Source: Planctomycetota bacterium
GTDB taxonomy: Bacteria; Planctomycetota; UBA8108; SXIK01
Direction: 5' to 3'
Assembly (NCBI GenBank): GCA_965223845.1
Contig: CBDCXR010000004.1
Span: 1 to 64,000 of the forward strand
DNA: 64,000 nt
Shown here one piece after another: positions 19,648-27,706 of this stretch (position 1 is its first letter; each line of letters begins with the position of its first letter). A program made the translations under genes and the position numbers. The notes under the pieces were generated by a model, which did not search any database, was not told the DNA's origin, and saw only the letters and a list, made by a program, of their open reading frames with translations.

Positions 19648-20505
19648 ATGTCGACCGGATTTCGAGTGTTTCTCCTCCTCGTCCTCGCCGCGGCGTCGGT
19701 CTGGGTCTACCGCTGGCGGAGCGATGAGCTCGAACGATTCTTTCTCTTCCCGCAGGGATACTCGGCGACTCAGGAGTTCGCGAACCCGGCGAGCTCGAGC
19801 GCGTCGATGCGCATCGCGCCGCCTCGCTTCGACGCTTCGCGGCGGGAGGCGAGCGTTGCCGAACTCGTCGAGACGTTCGGCCCACCTCCCAATTGGGACC
19901 GCGAAGGAACGTTCCAGCTCGATCCGGAACGGATCGCCGGACGCCTCGCCGAAGGTGGGGAGGGGGAAGCGATCCCCAACTCGGAACGGGCGCCTTGGGA
20001 TGCCTTTGAGGACGATCCCGATCTCTCGCTTCAGCCGTTCGAGGAGGAGCCGATCGACCTCGAGCCCCTCCCGAGCGAGGAGGAGATCATCTACACCGTT
20101 CGGGACGGCGAACGACTGTGGACGATCGCCGAGCGCCTCCTCGGTCACGGCTCGCGCTTCCCGCAGATTCTCGCGCTCAACCCGGGAGTGATCGACGACC
20201 CGAAGACGGTCGTTCCCGGCACGAAATTGCGCATTCGCGTGCCGCTCGAAAAAAAAACGCGGGACGAGGTTCAGCCGGAGCCCGATCCGTCCGATAGAGC
20301 CGTTGAGGGGGGTTCCCAGCCATCGCTGGTCGAGTCACCCCGCACCCACAGGGTTGGTTCTCACGAAACGCTGATCGGCATCGCGAGACGCTACTATCCG
20401 GGTGACGCTGATGGAGTGAGACGCCTTTTCGAGGCGAATCGAGATCAGCTCTCGTCTCCGGACTTGGTTCCACGCGGAGCCGTGCTCGTCATTCCGCCAC
20501 GCTAA
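19648..20505 (+). CDS. Membrane-anchored protein with two LysM domains
   Basis: N-terminal TM; YTVRDGERLWTIAERLLG..ILALN and HRVGSHETLIGIARRYY..LFEANRDQL..GAVLVIP. Confidence 0.88.
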   Translation: MSTGFRVFLLLVLAAASVWVYRWRSDELERFFLFPQGYSATQEFANPASSSASMRIAPPRFDASRREASVAELVETFGPPPNWDREGTFQLDPERIAGRLAEGGEGEAIPNSERAPWDAFEDDPDLSLQPFEEEPIDLEPLPSEEEIIYTVRDGERLWTIAERLLGHGSRFPQILALNPGVIDDPKTVVPGTKLRIRVPLEKKTRDEVQPEPDPSDRAVEGGSQPSLVESPRTHRVGSHETLIGIARRYYPGDADGVRRLFEANRDQLSSPDLVPRGAVLVIPPR

Positions 20506-20626
20506 TCACGTTCGCCGGAAGAGACCGACCTGCTCGGCAGGTGCCGCGACCGGAAAGCTTTTTCCTGGCCGCGCGCATCGGAATCTGCTTCCATACGGCC
20601 GTGAAGAGAGTGGAGAGGAGCCCGCA

Positions 20627-22126
20627 GTGGAGACGGAAGGCCGCGTCCTAAGAGACGCCCGTCGTCGTGCGAGTGCGGAGGCGACGCGTGAAGCGAGCCA
20701 CGCCAAGGCGAAGGGGAGCGCACCCGGCGCCGCGGCGTCGGAGCGAGTGCACGTCGTCGGCATCGCCGGTTCGGGGCTTCGTGGGATGGCGCAGCTCCTC
20801 CATGCGCGCGGGGCGAAGATCAGCGGCTCCGAGCAGGCGGAGAGCCCCGTGCTCGAGCGGCTGCGGCGGTGCGATATCGATTGTCGCATCGGCCACAAGG
20901 AGACGAACATCACTCCGGGCGTGAACCTCGTCGTCGTGTCCGCGGCGGTCGACGCGAGCAACCCGGAGGTGCGCGCCGCACGCGATCGGAGCATCCCGGT
21001 GCTCAAGTACGCCGAGTGCCTCGGGAAGCTGATGACGGAGCGCGTCGGCATCGCGATCGCGGGGACGCACGGAAAGACGACGACTTCGTCCATGACGGCC
21101 CAGATCCTCCTCGAGGCGGGCGTCGATCCCTCGTTTCTCGTCGGTGGCGATTGCCCATCGCTCGGCGGAAGCGCCCGCTGGGGGGCCGGACCGCACTTTG
21201 TCGCCGAGGCGTGCGAGTTCGATCGGAGCTTTCTCAACCTCCGCCCGAAGCTCGCCGTCATTACGAACGTCGACGAAGACCACCTCGACTACTTCCGCGG
21301 CCTGGCGGAGATCCAGCGCGCGTTCGGCGACTTCGTTCGTCTCCTGCCGGCGGACGGACTTCTCGTCCTCGATCGCGACGATCCCAACTCGACGTATCTG
21401 CGCGAGCTCACGCGGTCGGCGGTGAGCTCGTTCAGCCTCGAGCCCGGGAACGCGGAATGGTGGGCCGAGGAGATCCGGCAGGACGGACTCGGAACGCGAT
21501 TCGTCGCGTGCCATCGGGGCGGCGAACGGCAGCGCGTTCACCTTCATGTCCCCGGGCTGCACAACGTCCGGAACGCCCTCGCGGCGACGGCTCTCTGTCG
21601 CGCGCTCGGCATCGACCTCAACTCGATCTCGCGCGGTCTCGGCGCGTTTCGCGGCGTCCGGCGTCGCTTCGAGGTGCTCGCCGAAGAACCGGTGATGGTC
21701 ATCGACGACTACGCCCACCATCCAACCGAGGTGGACGCCGTCGTCTCGGCGGCCCGCGATCGGCTGGGCGGGCGGCGCCTCATCGCCGTGTTCCAGCCGC
21801 ACCAGCATTCCCGCCTGAAGTATTTGTCCGATCGATTCGCCACGTCGCTCGCCGGATTCGACGAGGTTCTCGTGCTCGACGTTTTTCGCTCGCGCGATTC
21901 GGACGAGGATGCGCGCACGGTGCAGTCGGACCGCGTCGTCGAACGTCTCGGAGAGCTCGGCGTCAAGGCGTGGCTCACGCGCTCGTTCGCCGACGCGAGA
22001 CAGCGTCTCGAGGTGACCGCGGGCGCGGGCGACGTCGCGTTTTTTCTCGGCGCCGGGAACGTGACCGAGCTGGCCCGCGAGTACGCGAGAACGCAGCGCG
22101 CGCGTTGCGCGACGCGGGTGAGCTGA
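20627..22126 (+). CDS. murC: UDP-N-acetylmuramate--L-alanine ligase MurC
   Basis: GIAGSG, IAGTHGKTTT, EACEFDRSF, DDYAHHPTE, FQPH. Confidence 0.96.
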   Translation: METEGRVLRDARRRASAEATREASHAKAKGSAPGAAASERVHVVGIAGSGLRGMAQLLHARGAKISGSEQAESPVLERLRRCDIDCRIGHKETNITPGVNLVVVSAAVDASNPEVRAARDRSIPVLKYAECLGKLMTERVGIAIAGTHGKTTTSSMTAQILLEAGVDPSFLVGGDCPSLGGSARWGAGPHFVAEACEFDRSFLNLRPKLAVITNVDEDHLDYFRGLAEIQRAFGDFVRLLPADGLLVLDRDDPNSTYLRELTRSAVSSFSLEPGNAEWWAEEIRQDGLGTRFVACHRGGERQRVHLHVPGLHNVRNALAATALCRALGIDLNSISRGLGAFRGVRRRFEVLAEEPVMVIDDYAHHPTEVDAVVSAARDRLGGRRLIAVFQPHQHSRLKYLSDRFATSLAGFDEVLVLDVFRSRDSDEDARTVQSDRVVERLGELGVKAWLTRSFADARQRLEVTAGAGDVAFFLGAGNVTELAREYARTQRARCATRVS

Positions 22127-22240
22127 ACGGACAAGCTTCGCCGCGCGAAGATTCGAGGGCGAAACGGTACACTTCAACTGGGGCGGCTTCGAGAGGTGAG
22201 AGCCGTCGGCTCGGACGAGTCGCGGCGGCGGTGAACTACG

Positions 22241-23155
22241 ATGCGCGCGACGATCCAAGGCTCGACGGACGATCGAAGTCTCGCCCCAGAAATTCGGGCG
22301 GAACCGCGGCCGAGGGCGACGGCGCTCGCCCCGCGCACGACCTTTCGCATCGGCGGCTCGGCGCGCTGCTACTACGCCCCCGCGACGGTCGCCGAGTTCC
22401 GTGCCGTTTTGGTGCGGGTCGCCCGCGAGTCGAGCGCCCCGTTTTTTCTCGGCGGGGGAGCGAACGTCCTCTTTCCGGACGGTGAGTTCGACCGACCGGT
22501 GATTTCGACGGAAAAGCTCCGCGGAGTCGAGGTCCGCGGACGGACGATCCGCGCGGAAGCGGGAGTTCGACTGAATACTCTCATCAAAACGGCGATCCAG
22601 GCCGGGCTCTCCGGCCTCGAATACTTCGTGGGAATTCCCGGGACGTGCGGCGGCGGCGTGGCAATGAACGCCGGCGGCCGGTACGGCTCGCTCGGTGAGC
22701 GTGTCACGGAGCTTGGTCTCATGCCGCTCGGTGGCGGTCCCGTCGAAGTCGTGCGCGGCGACGACATCGTTTGGAACTACCGCTCGAGCGAGCTCGGCGG
22801 TCGCGCCGTCGCGTGGGCGACGTTCGAGCTCGCACCGGGGAGCTCGAGCGAACTTCGGCGCGAGGCCGGCGCGTTCATGCGCGAGAAGGCGGGGACTCAG
22901 CCCGTGCACGCGCTGAGCGCCGGCTGCGTGTTCCGGAATCCACCCGGTCGAAGCGCGGGCGAGCTTCTCGACCGCGCCGGATTGAAAGGGCGCGGCATCG
23001 GCGGAGCTCAGTTCTCCGACGTGCACGCGAACTTCATCATCAATGTGAACGGCGATGCGACCGCTCGCGATGTCCGCGCGCTGGTCGACGCGGCGCGTCG
23101 CGAGGTCGACTCGCAGTTCGGAGTCCGGCTCGAGACGGAGATGGTCCTCGCGTAG
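22241..23155 (+). CDS. murB: UDP-N-acetylenolpyruvoylglucosamine reductase MurB
   Basis: TTFRIGG, GGGAN, GIPGTCGG..MNAG, YRSS, SAGCVFRNP, HANFIIN, LETE. Confidence 0.95.
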   Translation: MRATIQGSTDDRSLAPEIRAEPRPRATALAPRTTFRIGGSARCYYAPATVAEFRAVLVRVARESSAPFFLGGGANVLFPDGEFDRPVISTEKLRGVEVRGRTIRAEAGVRLNTLIKTAIQAGLSGLEYFVGIPGTCGGGVAMNAGGRYGSLGERVTELGLMPLGGGPVEVVRGDDIVWNYRSSELGGRAVAWATFELAPGSSSELRREAGAFMREKAGTQPVHALSAGCVFRNPPGRSAGELLDRAGLKGRGIGGAQFSDVHANFIINVNGDATARDVRALVDAARREVDSQFGVRLETEMVLA

Positions 23156-23282
23156 ATGGGCAGCGAGTCGCGCGGGGCGGAGCGACGTCGCACGAGGACG
23201 AACGACAAGCAGGGCCGGGAGCGGGTGGCGGATCGCGGTTTGTTCCGCGACCCGCACGGCGACGGTGCCCGAGGAAAACGCA

Positions 23283-24329
23283 GTGTCACGGAAGAAACGG
23301 CAGACGACGAAGCAGCGAGCGGCCGCGCCGCGAACGCATCCCGCGAAGACCGCAATTCGATGCGGGGCTCTCGCCGCAGCGCTCGCGGCGACGATTTGGG
23401 CCTCGCTCCGCGTCCGCGATTACGTTCAGCGAGACGAGAGGTACTGGATCGGCGACTGGCCCGTCGAGCTCGGAGAGTTGCCCGAGTGGGTGACGCCGGA
23501 GATCCGCGCGGAGATCGAGAGCGTCCGACTGCCCGACCTTTCCGTCGAGATCGAGCTCGCGGCAAACGAGACCGCCGGCGAGCCGGCGGGAGACGAGGGA
23601 GCGGACGCCGCGGGGGCAGCGGAGTCGAACGCGGACCGGACGCCGGAGCGAATCCGCGGCACGCTCTTCGAGCGGGGCGTCCTCGATCGCCTCCGGGACG
23701 CCCTCCTGGCGTCCCCGTGGGTGAGCGACGTGACGGGGATCTCCGCCGTCTACCCTTCGGCTTCCCGCGACGGCGCCCTCCTCGTCGCACTCGAGCTGCG
23801 GCGACCGATCGCCATCGTCGAGTACGAAGGTCTTCATTACCTCACCGACCGCCGCGGCGCGCGCCTCGGTGAGCCGTATTCGTACGCGCCGGTCGAGTGG
23901 TTTCGGATCCCGGTGATCACGGGTATCGAGGAACGCGTCGAAGTCCCGGCCATCGGTGACGCGTGGGCATCGCGGGAAATCGACAACGGTCTCGCGATCG
24001 CGCGCGTCCTCGATGACGAGGGGATCGCGCGGGACTACCCCGGCGAGCTGATCGAGAGCATAGACGTCTCGAATCTCGGCGGACGACGCCGACCGATGGA
24101 GAGCGAAGTCGTGCTCGCGTGGGAAGGGCGCCGGCTGACGTGGGGCCGTGCGCCGCTCAGCTCAGCTCCGCGCGTGGTCGGGGCGTCGACCGTCGTCGAG
24201 CATCTTCGCCGCGTCCTCGGAAATCCGGACGAGTTTGCCGATTGCGTGGAGATCCACCTTCACCGCCGGGTGATGACGGGCATCCGCGGCGCCTCGACGC
24301 GAACCTTCCGTGGTGCCGGCCCGCGCTGA
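23283..24329 (+). CDS. ftsQ: Divergent FtsQ/DivIB-like protein
   Basis: GTG start after GAGG; basic N-terminus, TM helix, POTRA-like LLASPWV..YP..L..RRPIA; position after murB. Confidence 0.6.
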   Translation: MSRKKRQTTKQRAAAPRTHPAKTAIRCGALAAALAATIWASLRVRDYVQRDERYWIGDWPVELGELPEWVTPEIRAEIESVRLPDLSVEIELAANETAGEPAGDEGADAAGAAESNADRTPERIRGTLFERGVLDRLRDALLASPWVSDVTGISAVYPSASRDGALLVALELRRPIAIVEYEGLHYLTDRRGARLGEPYSYAPVEWFRIPVITGIEERVEVPAIGDAWASREIDNGLAIARVLDDEGIARDYPGELIESIDVSNLGGRRRPMESEVVLAWEGRRLTWGRAPLSSAPRVVGASTVVEHLRRVLGNPDEFADCVEIHLHRRVMTGIRGASTRTFRGAGPR

Positions 24330-24330
24330 C

Positions 24331-25182
24331 ATGAGCCGGGAGTCGGGCGTGGATGCGAGGAACGACGCGAGCGGTCCCGCGCTCGTGACCCTCCTCACGG
24401 ACTTCGGCACGGCCGACGGGTACGTCGCGGCGATGAAGGGCGTGCTCTACTCGGCGGCGCCGGAGCTTCGGGTCGTCGATCTCTCGCACGAAGTCGCGCC
24501 GCAGGACGTTCTCCACGCGGGCCTCGTCTGGCGAGCGTCTCTCAACTATTTTCCCGCGGGCACCGTGCACGTCGCCGTGGTCGACCCGGGCGTGGGCACG
24601 AAACGCCGCATCCTCGCCGTCCAGCTCGACTCGGGGGGAGTGCTTCTCGCGCCGGACAACGGACTCATTCCGTACGCGGTCGATCGAGTCGCGATGCTGC
24701 GGATGTACGCAGTCGAGAACACGCTGTATTTCTCGCGTACGGTGAGCGCGACGTTTCACGGACGCGATATCTTCGCCCCGGTCGCGGCGCGACTCGCGAG
24801 CGGACTCGACCCGTCTGCTCTCGGCCCCTCGGTGAGTGAGTGCGTCGGGAGCGGATTGCCTCCGGTCCGCGTCCGATCGATCGACGGAGAGCAGATCGAA
24901 GAGCGAGGCGAGGTGATCCTCGTCGACCGCTTCGGGAACGCGATCACCAATCTGTCGCCGCGTCCTCGAGCTCGATTCGCTCGGCTGGACGCTGGCGCTC
25001 ACACGTTCGACCGACTCTGCCGGACCTACGGAGAAGTCTCGACCGGCGACCCGCTCGTTCTGACGAGCTCGTTCGGCTTCCTCGAGGTGGCCGTGCGCGA
25101 GCGGAGCGCGGCGCGTCAGCTCGAGCTGCACCGCGGAGATCCGGTCGCCGTGCTCTGGCGGAACGAGGACGCGGAAGCCTGA
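24331..25182 (+). CDS. SAM hydroxide adenosyltransferase / chlorinase-fluorinase family (DUF62)
   Basis: TLLTDFG..DGYVAAMKG, VVDPGVG, APDNG, TFHGRDIFAP, VDRFGN. Confidence 0.92.
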   Translation: MSRESGVDARNDASGPALVTLLTDFGTADGYVAAMKGVLYSAAPELRVVDLSHEVAPQDVLHAGLVWRASLNYFPAGTVHVAVVDPGVGTKRRILAVQLDSGGVLLAPDNGLIPYAVDRVAMLRMYAVENTLYFSRTVSATFHGRDIFAPVAARLASGLDPSALGPSVSECVGSGLPPVRVRSIDGEQIEERGEVILVDRFGNAITNLSPRPRARFARLDAGAHTFDRLCRTYGEVSTGDPLVLTSSFGFLEVAVRERSAARQLELHRGDPVAVLWRNEDAEA

Positions 25183-25196
25183 GACGTCCCTACGGG

Positions 25197-25601
25197 TTAC
25201 GCCTCGTTCGACACTGGGTAGAGAACGTCGAGCACTTCCGCGATCTGGTGCTCGTCCATGTGTCCGAGTTCGAGGAGGATCTGGCCGAGCAGCTTTTCCT
25301 GATGGCCGTCGACGCGAGTTCGCGCCTGCACCGTGAGCGCCTCGTAGAGTTGCTCCGGCGTGACGAACTTTCTCTCGAGGGCGACTTCGCCGAAAAACTT
25401 GTACTGGTCCTTCAACTCGATTCTCCGTCGATCGCGTTTGGAGCTCGACGCGCTGGCCTCCGAGTTGGAGCCAGCGCGAGGGTCTCTCTCGCCCGTCGCG
25501 TTATCGTCGATCTCAAAGCCGATAGCCACCGTCGGGTGCCGGCGGAACTCCTCCGGAGATGTATCGGTGAAGAGAGCGGGTTTCTCGACGAGTCCGCTCA
25601 T
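25197..25601 (-). CDS. Stand-alone MshEN-like protein
   Basis: FFGEVALERKFVTPEQLYEALTVQ and KLLGQILLELGHMDEHQIAEVL. Confidence 0.7.
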   Translation of the reverse strand: MSGLVEKPALFTDTSPEEFRRHPTVAIGFEIDDNATGERDPRAGSNSEASASSSKRDRRRIELKDQYKFFGEVALERKFVTPEQLYEALTVQARTRVDGHQEKLLGQILLELGHMDEHQIAEVLDVLYPVSNEA

Positions 25602-25659
25602 GCGGATCTTCCGACCGGGAAGCTCCCCCGGTAGTTGGGCGCCGCTCCGTCGGCTGGGG

Positions 25660-25713
25660 TGTCACTCTGGCAGCCCGAATCTCGGCGTTCGCGGCGGTTC
25701 TGCCAGAGTGACA
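25660..25713. promoter_or_regulatory. 14-bp perfect inverted repeat, candidate enhancer site
   Basis: TGTCACTCTGGCAG, 26 nt, CTGCCAGAGTGACA; about 45-100 bp upstream of the sigma-54 motif. Confidence 0.6.
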
Positions 25714-25758
25714 GCCCCCGATGCGGCGGAACTCCGCGCAATACTGGGAATTACGACA

Positions 25759-25774
25759 TGGCGTGCGGTTTGCA
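25759..25774 (+). promoter_or_regulatory. Sigma-54 (-24/-12) promoter of the groEL operon
   Basis: TGGCGTGCGGTTTGCA fits TGGC-N7-TTGCW (GG-N10-GC). Confidence 0.7.
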
Positions 25775-25861
25775 AGCGCGCTCTCGCTTACGCTCGAACA
25801 CTCGTTTCGGGTCTCGCCCATCGGGGCGGATCCGAGATCGTACTTCAGAAAGGGATGGTCC

Positions 25862-27610
25862 ATGCCCAATAACGCCAAGCAGCTCGCCTTCGACGCGGAA
25901 GCGCGCAGCTCGATCCGTGAGGGAGTGACGAAGCTCGCCCAGGCGGTCAAGTCGACTCTCGGGCCGGCGGGGAAGAACGCCTGTATCGATCGCGGCTGGG
26001 GGGAGCCGCTCGTCACGAAGGACGGTGCGACCGTCGCCGAGGAAGTCGAGCTGAGCGAGCCCTACGAGAACATGGCGGCGCGTCTCGTGCGCGAAGCGGC
26101 GGAGAAAACGAGCAACGCCGCCGGGGACGGCTCGACCACTGCGACCGTGCTCGCCGAGTCGCTCTACCTCGAAGGGCTGAAGCGGATCACGGCCGGGTTC
26201 AATCCCATGATCCTGGCCCGCGGCATGCGAGCCGCTGCAGATCGGGTGCACAAGACGCTTTCGGATCTCTCGACGCCGGTCAAATCGAACGATCAAATCC
26301 GCTCGGTCGCGACCATCGCTAGCAACAACGACCGGACGATCGGGAAGACGGTTGCGGACGCGCTCGACAAGGTCGGGAACGACGGCGTCGTGACGATCGA
26401 AGAGGGAAAGGAGCTCGAGACGCAGGTCGACGTGGTCGAGGGAATGGAGTTCGACCGCGGTTACCTCTCTCCGCACTTCGTCACGCATCAGGACCGGATG
26501 GTCTGTGAGCTCGAGGACCCGGCGATTCTGTTCTTCGAGGAGAAGATCTCGACGCTGCCGAAGATCCTTCCGCTCCTCGAGAAGGTCCTGAAAACGAAGC
26601 GGCCGCTTCTCATCGTCGCCGAAGACGTCGAGAGCGAGGTGCTCGCGACACTCGTCGTCAACACGCTGAAGGGCGTCCTTCGCTGCGCTGCTGTCAAGGC
26701 GCCGGCTTACGGCGATCGCCGCAAGGCGATGCTCCAAGATCTCGCGGTTCTGACCGGTGGGCAGGCGATCTTCAAGGACCTCGGGATCGAGCTCGACGCC
26801 GTCGAGGTGAAGGACCTCGGCCGCGCCAAGCGTGTGGTGATCACATCGGAAGACACGACGATCGTCGAAGGGGCCGGCAAGAAGGCCGACATCGAGGCGC
26901 GCGCGGCCGAAATTCGGCGCGAGCTCGAGGACACGACGAGCGACTACGATCGCGAGAAGCTCGAGGAGCGGCTCGCGAAGCTCGCCGGGGGGGTCGCGGT
27001 GATCCGAGTGGGTGCGCCGACCGAGAGCGACATGAAGGAGAAGAAGGGACGCTTCGAGTCCGCGCTCAGCGCGACGCGCGCGGCGGTCGAGCAGGGGATC
27101 GTCCCCGGTGGCGGCACGGCGCTCTTCCGCGCGGCGGAATCTCTGGCGGACCTCGAACTCGACTCCAGCGAGGAGCAAGCCGGCGTCGACGCGGTGCGGA
27201 AGGCGCTCGAGGCGCCGCTCCGGCAACTCTGCGCGAACGCGAGCATCGAGCCCGGCACCGTCGTTCGGCATCTTCGCGGCTCAAAGAATCCCCGCGTCGG
27301 GTACGACCTCGTCGGTGAAGAGTTCGGCGACCTGCTCAAGGCGAAGATCGTCGATGCGACGAAGGTCGTCGACTCCGCTTTCGAGAACGCCCTGAGCGTC
27401 GCGATCATCCTCCTCACCTCGGAAGCTCTCGTCGCGGAGATTCCGAAGGAAGAGGAAGAGGACGACGATCACCACCATCACCATCACGACGATGGCATGG
27501 GAGGAATGGGCGGCATGGGAGGAATGGGCGGCATGGGAGGAATGGGCGGCATGGGAGGAATGGGCGGCATGGGAGGAATGGGCGGCATGGGAGGAATGGG
27601 TGGCTTCTGA
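25862..27610 (+). CDS. groEL: Chaperonin GroEL, divergent paralog 1
   Basis: TLGP, TKDG, GDGSTT, FDRGYLSP, VKAPAYGDRRK, VPGGG; acidic-His-(GGM)n tail. Confidence 0.95.
   Translation: MPNNAKQLAFDAEARSSIREGVTKLAQAVKSTLGPAGKNACIDRGWGEPLVTKDGATVAEEVELSEPYENMAARLVREAAEKTSNAAGDGSTTATVLAESLYLEGLKRITAGFNPMILARGMRAAADRVHKTLSDLSTPVKSNDQIRSVATIASNNDRTIGKTVADALDKVGNDGVVTIEEGKELETQVDVVEGMEFDRGYLSPHFVTHQDRMVCELEDPAILFFEEKISTLPKILPLLEKVLKTKRPLLIVAEDVESEVLATLVVNTLKGVLRCAAVKAPAYGDRRKAMLQDLAVLTGGQAIFKDLGIELDAVEVKDLGRAKRVVITSEDTTIVEGAGKKADIEARAAEIRRELEDTTSDYDREKLEERLAKLAGGVAVIRVGAPTESDMKEKKGRFESALSATRAAVEQGIVPGGGTALFRAAESLADLELDSSEEQAGVDAVRKALEAPLRQLCANASIEPGTVVRHLRGSKNPRVGYDLVGEEFGDLLKAKIVDATKVVDSAFENALSVAIILLTSEALVAEIPKEEEEDDDHHHHHHDDGMGGMGGMGGMGGMGGMGGMGGMGGMGGMGGMGGMGGF
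27494..27601 (+). repeat. 18-bp tandem repeat x6 encoding the GroEL GGM tail
   Basis: GGCATGGGAGGAATGGGC x6; only the last base of the final copy differs. Confidence 0.95.
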
Positions 27611-27706
27611 CACGCACGTCCTCGTTCACCCCCGAACGTTCCCCGCTCCTCCCGAGCGGCCGAGAGTGATCGCGATTCCGCGAATCCTTTGGAGCTAGAA
27701 TCCAGA

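Noticed and set aside
24331-25182. Calling this gene a true fluorinase or chlorinase
   Set aside because: Family motifs alone cannot show halogenase activity; most DUF62 members are SAM hydrolases and no biosynthetic cluster is nearby
27494-27601. Short tandem repeat as a CRISPR array, or the AAWEEW ORF 27492..27698
   Set aside because: No spacers; it is the in-frame GGM tail of GroEL and the other ORF is an alternative-frame shadow
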